Below, in pieces: positions 19,878 to 28,232 of a DNA stretch of 29,354 nt. A program made the translations under genes and the position numbers. This stretch comes from Bacteroidales bacterium (GTDB lineage: Bacteria > Bacteroidota > Bacteroidia > Bacteroidales > GWA2-32-17), in NCBI GenBank assembly GCA_036171495.1, contig JAVHRE010000485.1, forward strand, positions 1 through 29,354. Direction: 5' to 3'. Below the pieces are notes generated by a model. It ran no database searches, was not told the origin of the DNA, and was given only the letters and a program-made list of their open reading frames with translations. Positions within the stretch are counted from its first letter, which is position 1, and each line of letters opens with the position of its first letter.

Positions 19878-20293
19878 TATTCTTTTTCTTTAATTATAAT
19901 TTTTTTTGGTGGTTCAACAGATTCCGAAAGCCCCAATTCCTTCTGATTTACAAGCTTTACAACTTCGCTTTGTTGACTAAGTTTCATTAATTCTGATGTT
20001 ACCGAAATTTGTTCAGCTTTTAATTCTTTTAATTCGTTTTCTAACGATTGGGTATTGCGTACAACTTTTTCGGCTCCATAACGATTAGCTATTAGTATTA
20101 TAGCTATAAAGCTAACAAATAGCACAAAAGGAAATTGTTTTAAAATAACTTCACGCGATAGTAAAGTACCATCTAATAAAGATTTAAAAAAGTTAGGATG
20201 TGTTCTTTCATTCTCCTTTTCTGTTTTTTGTTCGGAGTTTTGTTGAAGAACTTCAACTTTATTTTCTTCAATATTTTCGTTTTCTTTAGTCAT
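19877..20293 (-). CDS. ftsL: FtsL-like cell division protein
   Basis: Cytoplasmic N-terminus, one TM helix, coiled coil (LENELKELKAEQI), PPKKI end; position between rsmH and ftsI. Confidence 0.82.
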   Translation of the reverse strand: MTKENENIEENKVEVLQQNSEQKTEKENERTHPNFFKSLLDGTLLSREVILKQFPFVLFVSFIAIILIANRYGAEKVVRNTQSLENELKELKAEQISVTSELMKLSQQSEVVKLVNQKELGLSESVEPPKKIIIKEKE

Positions 20294-21191
20294 TTCTTTT
20301 TGCTATTCTTAATTTAGCACTTCTTGCTCTTGAATTTTTATATGTTTCATCATCGGTTGGTGTTATTACTTTATTATTTATCATACCAAACGGCACTCCT
20401 GTTATATTTCCATACAAATCGCTTTCGGTTTTTCCTTCGAGATTTCCGGAACGAAAGAAATTTTTTACCAACCTGTCTTCGAGCGAATGATATGTAATAA
20501 TTACCAATCTGCCATCAGGTTTGAGCATTTCCGGAGTTTGTAAAAGCATTTCGCTAAGTGCATCTAACTCACCATTAACTTCAATTCTTAATGCCTGAAA
20601 AATTTTTGCTAAAAATTTATTTTCCATGCCTTTAGGCGTAATTGGCAAAAGAGCATCACATAAATCAAAAGTTGTTTCGATAAGTTTTTGGTTTCGTGCT
20701 TTTACAATCAAATCGGCAACTTTACGTGAATTATGAATTTCGCCATAATGATAAAACAAATCAGATAGTTGAACGAGAGTTAATGTGTTAATGAGTTGGG
20801 CAGCGGTTGTTTTTGACGATTTATTCATTCTCATATCGAGCAAACCATTGTTTCTAAATGAGAATCCTCTTTCTTTTTCGTCGAAATGATGGGACGATAC
20901 ACCTAAATCTGCGATTATTCCATTTACCTGAACGAAGCCCAGATACAATAAAAAATTTTTAAAGAACCTGAAATTTCCATTTACAAAAACAAATCGCTTA
21001 TCATTAATTGCATTTTGTTTTGCTTCTATATCATGGTCGAAAGCAATTAATTTCCCTCCTTTTAATCTTTTTAATATTTCTTTGGAATGTCCACCACTTC
21101 CAAAAGTCAAATCAACATAAACACCTTCAGGAGCAATATTTAAACCTTCTACACTTTCATTTAAAAGAACGGGGTTATGATATTCAATCAT
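20286..21191 (-). CDS. rsmH: 16S rRNA m4C1402 methyltransferase RsmH (MraW)
   Basis: YHNPVLLNE, DLTFGSGGHS, DLGVSSHH, LDMRM, FQALRIEVN, TYHSLEDRLVK, NSRARSAKLR. The ORF track starts at 21248; ATG at 21191 overlapping the mraZ stop is more likely. Confidence 0.97.
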   Translation of the reverse strand: MIEYHNPVLLNESVEGLNIAPEGVYVDLTFGSGGHSKEILKRLKGGKLIAFDHDIEAKQNAINDKRFVFVNGNFRFFKNFLLYLGFVQVNGIIADLGVSSHHFDEKERGFSFRNNGLLDMRMNKSSKTTAAQLINTLTLVQLSDLFYHYGEIHNSRKVADLIVKARNQKLIETTFDLCDALLPITPKGMENKFLAKIFQALRIEVNGELDALSEMLLQTPEMLKPDGRLVIITYHSLEDRLVKNFFRSGNLEGKTESDLYGNITGVPFGMINNKVITPTDDETYKNSRARSAKLRIAKRND

Positions 21192-21657
21192 TATCCATTT
21201 CGTTAAGCGGTCCGCCAAGAATTTTTTCGGCAAGCGAAGCAAAATCATCTTCGTTCATACTTGCCGATTCATAAATCTTTTTATCGAGAACTAAAATTCT
21301 TCCATCCTGACCGGCAAGAACAACATCGCCCGACATAATTCCAGCCCACTCTAATAATCTTCGGGGAATTAACATTCTGTTATTTGTATCGAGAGTAATT
21401 TCGGCTGTTCCTTTATAAAACTCACGCAAAAACTTGTTATGCTCGCGATTGTACGGATTTATTTTACTTCTTAATATTTTAATCTGACGTTCCCATTCAT
21501 CGGAAGGAAAAAGCACAAGGCATTTTTCGAATATGTCTTTTTTTACCACAAACCTGTCCTGAACAGCACCCGACATCTGCTTTTTTAAAGCCGACGGAAG
21601 CATTATTCGCCCTTTTGAGTCGGCTTTGCACGGATAATCGCCTATAAACGTGGTCAT
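21184..21657 (-). CDS. mraZ: Division/cell wall cluster transcriptional regulator MraZ
   Basis: Two AbrB-like repeats D-KGR-MLP and D-NNRMLIP; first gene of the dcw cluster. Confidence 0.95.
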   Translation of the reverse strand: MTTFIGDYPCKADSKGRIMLPSALKKQMSGAVQDRFVVKKDIFEKCLVLFPSDEWERQIKILRSKINPYNREHNKFLREFYKGTAEITLDTNNRMLIPRRLLEWAGIMSGDVVLAGQDGRILVLDKKIYESASMNEDDFASLAEKILGGPLNEMDND

Positions 21658-21680
21658 AGTAGTTTTTAAATTTTACGGTT

Positions 21681-21714
21681 CAAAAATAATAAACATTTCC
21701 CACTTTGTTCCAAA
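21681..21714 (-). promoter_or_regulatory. dcw operon promoter (Bacteroidota -7/-33)
   Basis: Minus strand TATTTTTG (21681-21688) matches TAnnTTTG; TTTG at 21711-21714 with a 22-nt spacer. Confidence 0.65.
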
Positions 21715-21733
21715 ATTTACCACAATTTACCAC
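21700..21733 (-). promoter_or_regulatory. MraZ operator: four GTGG/TTGG boxes at 10-nt period
   Basis: Plus strand CCAC 21700, CCAA 21710, CCAC 21720, CCAC 21730; minus strand reads aaaGTGGtaa attGTGGtaa attTTGGaac aaaGTGGgaa. MraZ is known to bind such phased GTGG-type repeats upstream of its gene. Confidence 0.8.
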
Positions 21734-21819
21734 TTTGTTGATAACTTTTTTTAAAACAAATTTTAATTGTTGATATACTGCATGTTATAAATTTGAAAAA
21801 AAATTAGTAAAATTGGAAT

Positions 21820-22017
21820 TTGAGTTTAAACGAAAAATCCCGAAACAGAGCTTCGAGGTATTTTAAAAAATTTGCCGAAGACTGGCGAAATTCTTATAAA
21901 AAACAAAGAGTACTAAAATACAATATGGAAGATGTTGTAAACCTTGCACGATTGAAGAATGAAATATTTAAGTTGTACGGGATTGGGGATTTGTATTTGG
22001 AGGGGGTGAGGATGTGA
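21820..22017 (+). pseudogene. Possible gene fragment, 65 aa (TTG start)
   Basis: Open frame 21811-22017 with protein-like composition, but only a TTG start and no recognisable complete domain. Confidence 0.25.
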
Positions 22018-22116
22018 GAACTGCATTTGCAAGTTGAATCTACGAATACATTAAATAAAAAATATTTTTTTAATAATTATAATTTATAATTACCTTGCTA
22101 ACCTAAATTTAATATT

Positions 22117-22347
22117 ATGGAAGCACAATTTATTGTTAAGAAATTTGATTTAAATGAATTTGAAGATGGTGTAACCATCACCGATTTATTTGATATTGAC
22201 GAACTAGCAAACTATGTAAATCCTGAAAGTAAAGAAAGTTCAATTGAAGGGCTTGATTATGATTGGGAAATAATTAATTCTAATGTTGTTGGGAATAAAT
22301 TAGTTGTAACTTTTTTAATTACATTAATAGAAGAAGATAGTCATTGA
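22117..22347 (+). CDS. Small acidic hypothetical protein (76 aa)
   Basis: ATG after an A/T-rich leader (aatattATG), typical of Bacteroidota; does not overlap any other gene; globular composition. Confidence 0.6.
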   Translation: MEAQFIVKKFDLNEFEDGVTITDLFDIDELANYVNPESKESSIEGLDYDWEIINSNVVGNKLVVTFLITLIEEDSH

Positions 22348-22416
22348 AATTATTTTTTTAACTCTTATAATCATAATAATTTAAACTTTTCACATTGCAT
22401 AATGTTTTGAAGCAAA

Positions 22417-22680
22417 CTATAGAATGCAGCAGCCATATGACCATTCGGCAATCCTATAAGTAAAGTGACCTTTTAATTTATCATTCCATAATTCCTGAAA
22501 AGACCACTTAGTTTGACTTTTATCATTAGGCTCTTTCATAATAAATAAAATTTTCGGAGAAGCTTTTTGATATTCATCTTCATTTATAATCCCATCGCCA
22601 ATAAAACTATCATGATATTTAGGCATTGAACTCTCCCAATCCTTTAATAAAGCATCAATTTTTTGTTGAACATTTTCCAT
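22417..22680 (-). pseudogene. Truncated N-terminal part of a putative uracil-DNA-glycosylase-like fold protein
   Basis: DGIIN...KILFIMKEPN resembles UDG-superfamily motif A; the frame ends abruptly after WSYG with CCIL-stop at 87 aa. Confidence 0.45.
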
Positions 22681-22747
22681 AAATAAAAACTATTTAACAA
22701 CGTGCATTTCCGCCATTCTTCCAAAACTCATATTCACTAATAGCTGT

Positions 22748-25615
22748 TTATAAATTATTATCAAATAACAATTCTCCAACTTTTCCTTGATTTGTGTTTA
22801 TCAGCCCTTCAATTGTTGATGATAAAGTAATTCTTTCAGTTGCAATAATCAAATATCTCCATGTTTTCATTATACCGAATTTGCCAATATTTTTATTCAC
22901 TTTTTCGCAATACTTTTCTGCTGTTACTTTTTTTGCCTGCACATCGGTATCATTAATTTTGCTATTAGGTTTCACTTCTATCATTACTATTTCATTATTT
23001 AATTCAATAACAAAATCCGGTTCATAATGATGATTCGGATCGCCTTCTGCATCTCTCCAATATAAGCCTTCAAATTGTTTTGGTGCTGGTCTAAGCCAAT
23101 CTTCAACTGAAGCATCACGTTCCAATAAATAAGCGAAACGCACTTCATCAGAGGAATCAAAATGGCACATTGAATGGCAGGCTTTTTTAAAATATCCATA
23201 AGTATATTTAGCATTAAAAGTATCAACCTGAGATTCAAGAGAAACAGGCTTTTCACCATACGATAAATAAATATTATGTTGCTCAAGATATTTTTTTGCT
23301 TCCCGAATATCAGATTCAATATATCCGTCTGATTTTAATTCTTTATGTATTAAAATTTGTTTATAAATATCTTCTGCTATTGCGTGGGCATTACTCTCAA
23401 TAATTAAAACTAAATTATCTTCATCAAGTGCTCCTTTTCTATAATGTTTTACTGCTTGTTCAGCTAATTTTAAAAGTAATGGTTTTTGTGCCAAATCATC
23501 ATAATCAATTAAAGGATAATCAGTAAGTGCCGCAACAATAGTATTCTGTGGAGTTTGTCTAGAACGACCACCAAAACTGGTTACTTTTGTTGTCTGTGTC
23601 ATTCTTCTACCAGCTACTTCATCTCCAAACAGATTTTGTTCACGATTGCTCTGCAATTGTTCTTCAAGAATTGCTCTTTCATTTGTATAGCCTCGCAAAA
23701 TACTTGTATCAAGTTCAAAATCATTTATAATAATTTCACCATAACTTGGAGTTAGTATCAATCGTGGAATTGGAATATTTCTTTTTTCAAAAGTCTCCGC
23801 AGATTTTTTAGCAATAATGGAAAGCTCTCCTTTTGCCTCTGTACTTAATGATCCAAAAAGAGTATTTGCCTCAAAAGATAATTCTGTTGGCGTATTTGTT
23901 TGTTGCCCATATTCGCCAGTTACCGTTTGTTTTGCTATTTCTTTAGTGAAAGAACCGAAAATTTCTTCTGTTTTTGTCTCAACAAATTTTTCACGTACTC
24001 CTGAATCCATACTTTCTATTTGAGGAATTTTATTAATCGCCTCTTCAGCTTTTTTCTGAACCTCTTTTATTAATACATCGTTTTTCCTTATTTCATCAGA
24101 AATATTTTGAAGTGCTACCGGTTGCACTTCGGTTAGAATTTTTGCTTCGGCTTTTTCTTTTTCAGTTATCTGTTCAACCTGCCCCTGAATAAGCGGTGAA
24201 TCTTTTGCAAGAGCAACAACCTTTGCAAACTGTTCATGTGCTACCAGTACCAATCTATCAACAAAGGGTACGCCTGTTCTATCACCATAAGGAAGGCGCA
24301 AACCACGTCCAATTGTTTGTTCAGTTAATATCATTGCTGCTGATTCGCGCAATGGTGCAATGGTATAAACATTTGTTACATCCCATCCCTCTTTAAGCAT
24401 GTTAACATGAATAACTATTTCTATTGGATTGTCAGGATGTTCTAATGATATTAATAATTCAATATTGTCATCGGCTTCTGCACCACGAAGTTTTGTATGA
24501 ATTACTAATACCTTTCCTTTAAATTGTCCTCCCCGAAAATCATCACTGTCAATAAGGTTCTTAAGCGCATCTGCATGTTTTGTGTCTTTTGCAACAACGA
24601 GCAATACAGGTTTTACAATTTGCTTTTTATTTTCCAGAGCATATTCCTTTATTGCATTTTTAGCACGTTCATGGAAATATGCTGCTAATTGCAGTTTCCG
24701 AGCATCTGTTTCTATTGAGTCAGGTTCAAATTGGCTGAAATCAACATCTCCTTCAGTTCCTACCCACGGATCTTTAACAAATTTGCCACGTATTGCATCA
24801 CCAAGATTGTAGGAATATAAAACATTTTTCATTCTAATCTGACGCAAATTTTTGCCTGAACCTTGAGTTCCGATATATGGCGTAGCTGTCATTTCCAATC
24901 CAAAAAGTGGATCAAGAATATCCAATGCCCCAAGCGCTGCATCGGCATGATAATGGTGCGCTTCATCAAGCATCACCACCAAATCATCATGCGATTTAAG
25001 ATAATCAAAATATGATTCTCCGGCAGTTTCCCATGCTTTGGTAATTCCTCGTTCGCTTGCCATATCCTTCTGTGCAAACTGTTGAACATTAAAAATGTTT
25101 ATTTCAATCTGATTACCAAAAAGAGTTTGTCCTCGCTGATTGGTGTAATTACCCGATGTAATTACTTTTGTAGTGTTGATATTTATTTCCTGAATTCCCT
25201 TAAAAACATATTTCGGATTATTTGCTTTACTAAAATCATCATACAACTTGCGGTAAATAGTAAGGTTTGGCGCAACGATTAAAAAATGTTGGATATTGTA
25301 AACTAAAAAGAGATAAGCCACAAAAGCCCCCATCAATCTTGTTTTGCCAACTCCGGTAGCAAGTGCAAAAGTATAAGCGGGAAATGCCCTTTCAAATTCA
25401 GTAAACTCATTTGCAGCGGGAATATCACTAAAATATTCTTTGCTTTCCTTTAATATCTCCGCAGTATTGCCACGAGTTTCTTTTTTTACCCGAACCAATA
25501 ATTTTTGTCCTGCTGTTGACTTTAAATAATCGGCAAAAAGCTCAAGGCTCTTAAACTGTGGAGAGCGTAAACTCATCGCACCATTAATGTATTTTATTGC
25601 TTCTTCAGGTTTCAT
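22748..25615 (-). CDS. res: Type III restriction enzyme Res subunit (SF2 helicase/ATPase plus PD-(D/E)xK nuclease)
   Basis: SLRSPQ Q-motif region, Walker A ATGVGKT, DEAH box, MLKEGWDV, EQTIGRGLR, C-terminal YEPDFVI...IEVK; starts 6 nt after the mod stop. Confidence 0.9.
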   Translation of the reverse strand: MKPEEAIKYINGAMSLRSPQFKSLELFADYLKSTAGQKLLVRVKKETRGNTAEILKESKEYFSDIPAANEFTEFERAFPAYTFALATGVGKTRLMGAFVAYLFLVYNIQHFLIVAPNLTIYRKLYDDFSKANNPKYVFKGIQEININTTKVITSGNYTNQRGQTLFGNQIEINIFNVQQFAQKDMASERGITKAWETAGESYFDYLKSHDDLVVMLDEAHHYHADAALGALDILDPLFGLEMTATPYIGTQGSGKNLRQIRMKNVLYSYNLGDAIRGKFVKDPWVGTEGDVDFSQFEPDSIETDARKLQLAAYFHERAKNAIKEYALENKKQIVKPVLLVVAKDTKHADALKNLIDSDDFRGGQFKGKVLVIHTKLRGAEADDNIELLISLEHPDNPIEIVIHVNMLKEGWDVTNVYTIAPLRESAAMILTEQTIGRGLRLPYGDRTGVPFVDRLVLVAHEQFAKVVALAKDSPLIQGQVEQITEKEKAEAKILTEVQPVALQNISDEIRKNDVLIKEVQKKAEEAINKIPQIESMDSGVREKFVETKTEEIFGSFTKEIAKQTVTGEYGQQTNTPTELSFEANTLFGSLSTEAKGELSIIAKKSAETFEKRNIPIPRLILTPSYGEIIINDFELDTSILRGYTNERAILEEQLQSNREQNLFGDEVAGRRMTQTTKVTSFGGRSRQTPQNTIVAALTDYPLIDYDDLAQKPLLLKLAEQAVKHYRKGALDEDNLVLIIESNAHAIAEDIYKQILIHKELKSDGYIESDIREAKKYLEQHNIYLSYGEKPVSLESQVDTFNAKYTYGYFKKACHSMCHFDSSDEVRFAYLLERDASVEDWLRPAPKQFEGLYWRDAEGDPNHHYEPDFVIELNNEIVMIEVKPNSKINDTDVQAKKVTAEKYCEKVNKNIGKFGIMKTWRYLIIATERITLSSTIEGLINTNQGKVGELLFDNNL

Positions 25616-25621
25616 ATTTTT

Positions 25622-27271
25622 TTATTCGTTATCGTCATCTGTTTCGATTTCTTCAAGTGCTGTTTCTTTTATAGGCAGTAGATATTCTTTTTTACCGAAA
25701 TGGCAAGCCTTTAAAACGGATTGCGGTATTTTTTTTATTGTAATTCGTTTATCAATTTTATCTGCACCCGGTTCATATTTCTTTGGGCAAATAATCAGTG
25801 TTTCGCCTTCGGCTAAATGTGAAGCTATTTGCTGTATCATTCCACTTGTTAAAAATTGTGTAGTAACATAAAGATAATTTTTCCCCTGACCGACACCATG
25901 TTTCCAATATTCAGTTAGACTTGGCTTATAAATAAAGTTCATCAACTTGCACATTGCTTTTATTAGTTTTGCTTCGTTATAAAAGCCATCAATCACAGGA
26001 TTGCCAAATTCATCTTTTACAATAAAACTCGGTGCAAGTTCGTAAAACTTATATCCACCGCCTCCTTGCCAATTTACTGCTTTGCTTATGCCTCCCTGAT
26101 CCGAACCATTAATAACTTTATCCAATCGTATTTTGCAATGAGTATATGCGTGTTCACCCATTTCAATGCCTATATATTTTCTTTTCATTTTGTGAGCAAC
26201 TGCTGCAGTTGTACCAGAACCAAGAAAAGAATCAAGAATTATTTCATCTTTTTCTGAAGACATTGATATAATTCTTTCTATTAGTTTTTCAGGCTTTTTT
26301 CCATTTCTAAAATCAACCTGCCCTTCATTATGCAAATTATTAATTCCAATATCCAGCCAAATATCACCAAGCGGATTTGCTGGGACTTTCTCTCCATCAA
26401 TTTCTATTAATTTTTCTATTGCGAATAATACTTCTTCATCATTATATATTAACTTTTTTAACCCTCTAACAGAAACGATATCAGTAAATTTATTTCGTTC
26501 ACCAGTAGCAATAAGTGAACGATTACGAGCTGTACGAAAAATTGATTTTGCATTTTGAATTAAAAATTTTTCATATTTTATTTTAGAATTTACATCAATA
26601 CCTTTTTCAATAGCTACTTGTTTTACTGGTTTTACAATCCAATTTGAAAAATGCTCATCAATATTAATTATAAACTGTGTGTATCTTTCAAGAGCTTCAG
26701 ACCAAGAAGATTTTATGTAAATTGGATTAAGTTTTATCTTTTCTTTATTTTTTGAATATAATAATACAAATTCTTTAATTTTAGGTAATTTCTTTTCAAT
26801 ATGAGACATTTTGACACCACTCATATGAGACATTTTAATACAAATATTTGTTATAAAATTTTCACGATTAAAAATTTCGTCCATCAATATTTTTAAATAC
26901 GCTTGTTCATTATCATCAATTTGTATAAATATTACACCTTCCTCATTTAAAAGCATTTTCAACAACTCTAACCTAGGCTTCATAAGCGATAGCCAAGTGC
27001 TATGCTCAACTCCATCATCATAATGTTCAAAAGCATTTCCAGTATTGTAAGGAGGATCAATATAAATACACTTTATCTTGCCTTCGTATTCAGGCAAAAG
27101 CGCTTTTAGAGCAAGCAAATTATCGCCGTGTATGAGCATATTCTCTGTATTCGGGTCATTAGAGCAATTAGATAGTTCTGGGTTTTCTTCCAAAATACGA
27201 GGTTCAATATTGGCAATATCATATTCGGAATTATCTTTGCCAATCCATGTGAGTTCGAGTTTTTGTTTCAT
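25622..27271 (-). CDS. mod: Type III R-M Mod subunit, beta-class N6-adenine DNA methyltransferase
   Basis: GDNLLAL, catalytic IYIDPPYNTG before SAM-binding DSFLGSGTT (beta order), KKPEKLI; central variable TRD; LELTWIGK N-terminus. Confidence 0.92.
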   Translation of the reverse strand: MKQKLELTWIGKDNSEYDIANIEPRILEENPELSNCSNDPNTENMLIHGDNLLALKALLPEYEGKIKCIYIDPPYNTGNAFEHYDDGVEHSTWLSLMKPRLELLKMLLNEEGVIFIQIDDNEQAYLKILMDEIFNRENFITNICIKMSHMSGVKMSHIEKKLPKIKEFVLLYSKNKEKIKLNPIYIKSSWSEALERYTQFIINIDEHFSNWIVKPVKQVAIEKGIDVNSKIKYEKFLIQNAKSIFRTARNRSLIATGERNKFTDIVSVRGLKKLIYNDEEVLFAIEKLIEIDGEKVPANPLGDIWLDIGINNLHNEGQVDFRNGKKPEKLIERIISMSSEKDEIILDSFLGSGTTAAVAHKMKRKYIGIEMGEHAYTHCKIRLDKVINGSDQGGISKAVNWQGGGGYKFYELAPSFIVKDEFGNPVIDGFYNEAKLIKAMCKLMNFIYKPSLTEYWKHGVGQGKNYLYVTTQFLTSGMIQQIASHLAEGETLIICPKKYEPGADKIDKRITIKKIPQSVLKACHFGKKEYLLPIKETALEEIETDDDNE

Positions 27272-27279
27272 TTAATAAT

Positions 27280-28134
27280 TTAATTTTTACTGTTCCAATT
27301 TCTGAAATTTGTTTGAAAACTTTTTGTTAAAGCTGTCCATATATTATTGTATAAAACCGCAATATTAGCATCTTTTATACTTGTGTTTGCAAATGGCACT
27401 ACACCTTCGGGAACTTTGTTATTGAAAAACATCACCAATTTAAAATCGTTTAAACAGAGTGTTGCTGTGTAATCATCGGAAGTGTTCGCATAAAAAAAAC
27501 GACTGCCATTTGAAATTTTTCCACTGTGCGTAAAAAGTGCAAATTGATAAAATGGTAAACGAGTTTTTATTTGCTCTATGTTACTTAACAATTCCTGTTT
27601 TTGTAAAAAAAGGTTTTCGATAAGAATTTCATGGAGTTGTTCTTCAATGTTTTTATCGAGGCGAAAAAATTCAAATAACTTATAATCAGAATTTGTTTTG
27701 TCAGTTACTTTATCAAAAAAATTGTTAACTAATGATGCTGCCCTCCACATTTGAATATAAATAAAAAGTAATAAAAAAGATGGTTCTAAGAGTTTATTAC
27801 TTGTGAGAAATCCTTCGTTATTTACTACTTTATTTTGGAAATTATTTATGAATTTTATATCGTTTATTTGAAGAAGTAATCGGCTAACTTCTGTTTCAAT
27901 CACTTCAAACTTTTTTTCACATTCTGGACAATATAAATAATCAAGCTTTGGTAAATCCTGTTCTTTTTTATTTTCAAGGTTACTTGAAATAGCTGTAAAA
28001 TGATTCTTGTTATTTTTTTTTAATTCTTTACCAAGAAACTTTGAAAGAATATGCGATTTTGTTTTTGTTGCTTTATTTTTTCTACAAAGCATACAATTGT
28101 CATTTTGACTTCTATTGATAATGCTAATACTCAT
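27280..28134 (-). CDS. Putative HNH/Zn-finger nuclease-like protein with uncharacterised C-terminal domain
   Basis: C14xxC17, SH28I and C69xxC72-E-x-F pattern, typical of Zn-bound HNH-type N-terminal domains; 8 nt from the mod start. Confidence 0.55.
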   Translation of the reverse strand: MSISIINRSQNDNCMLCRKNKATKTKSHILSKFLGKELKKNNKNHFTAISSNLENKKEQDLPKLDYLYCPECEKKFEVIETEVSRLLLQINDIKFINNFQNKVVNNEGFLTSNKLLEPSFLLLFIYIQMWRAASLVNNFFDKVTDKTNSDYKLFEFFRLDKNIEEQLHEILIENLFLQKQELLSNIEQIKTRLPFYQFALFTHSGKISNGSRFFYANTSDDYTATLCLNDFKLVMFFNNKVPEGVVPFANTSIKDANIAVLYNNIWTALTKSFQTNFRNWNSKN

Positions 28135-28143
28135 TAAAAAGTT

Positions 28144-28227
28144 TTATTTCTTTATTTCTGTTTTTATATACTTTTCTAATTCCTCTTTACTCGGCAAATT
28201 CACCATATACTTATGCATAGTAATCAT
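28144..28227 (-). pseudogene. 27-codon remnant resembling the C-terminus of YhcG/DUF1016 PD-(D/E)xK proteins
   Basis: Hand translation MITMHKYMVNLPSKEELEKYIKTEIKK*; KYxxxLPSxEEL resembles the conserved DUF1016 C-terminal motif. Not in the ORF track. Confidence 0.5.
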
Positions 28228-28232
28228 TAATT

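Noticed and set aside
21192-21248. N-terminal extension of rsmH in the ORF track (MILLRLPKKF...)
   Set aside because: Overlaps the mraZ 3' end by 65 nt; the conserved YH-PVLL motif follows the ATG at 21191.
400-21657. Absence of murF and ddl from the dcw cluster; long MraY loop; Asn-rich FtsZ linker; charged FtsA tail
   Set aside because: These are ordinary features of Bacteroidota dcw clusters.
21736-21790. Replication origin suggested by DnaA-box-like motifs
   Set aside because: Only one near-consensus box and one weak one, no box cluster, and no dnaA, dnaN or gidA nearby.
21780-22420. Integrase, att site or IS end marking the island boundary
   Set aside because: No recombinase or transposase ORF, tRNA target or direct repeat is recognisable, and the other island end lies outside the window.
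25622-27271. Possible phase-variable simple sequence repeat in mod (phasevarion)
   Set aside because: No long homopolymer or di- to penta-nucleotide tract was seen in or upstream of mod; the frame is intact.
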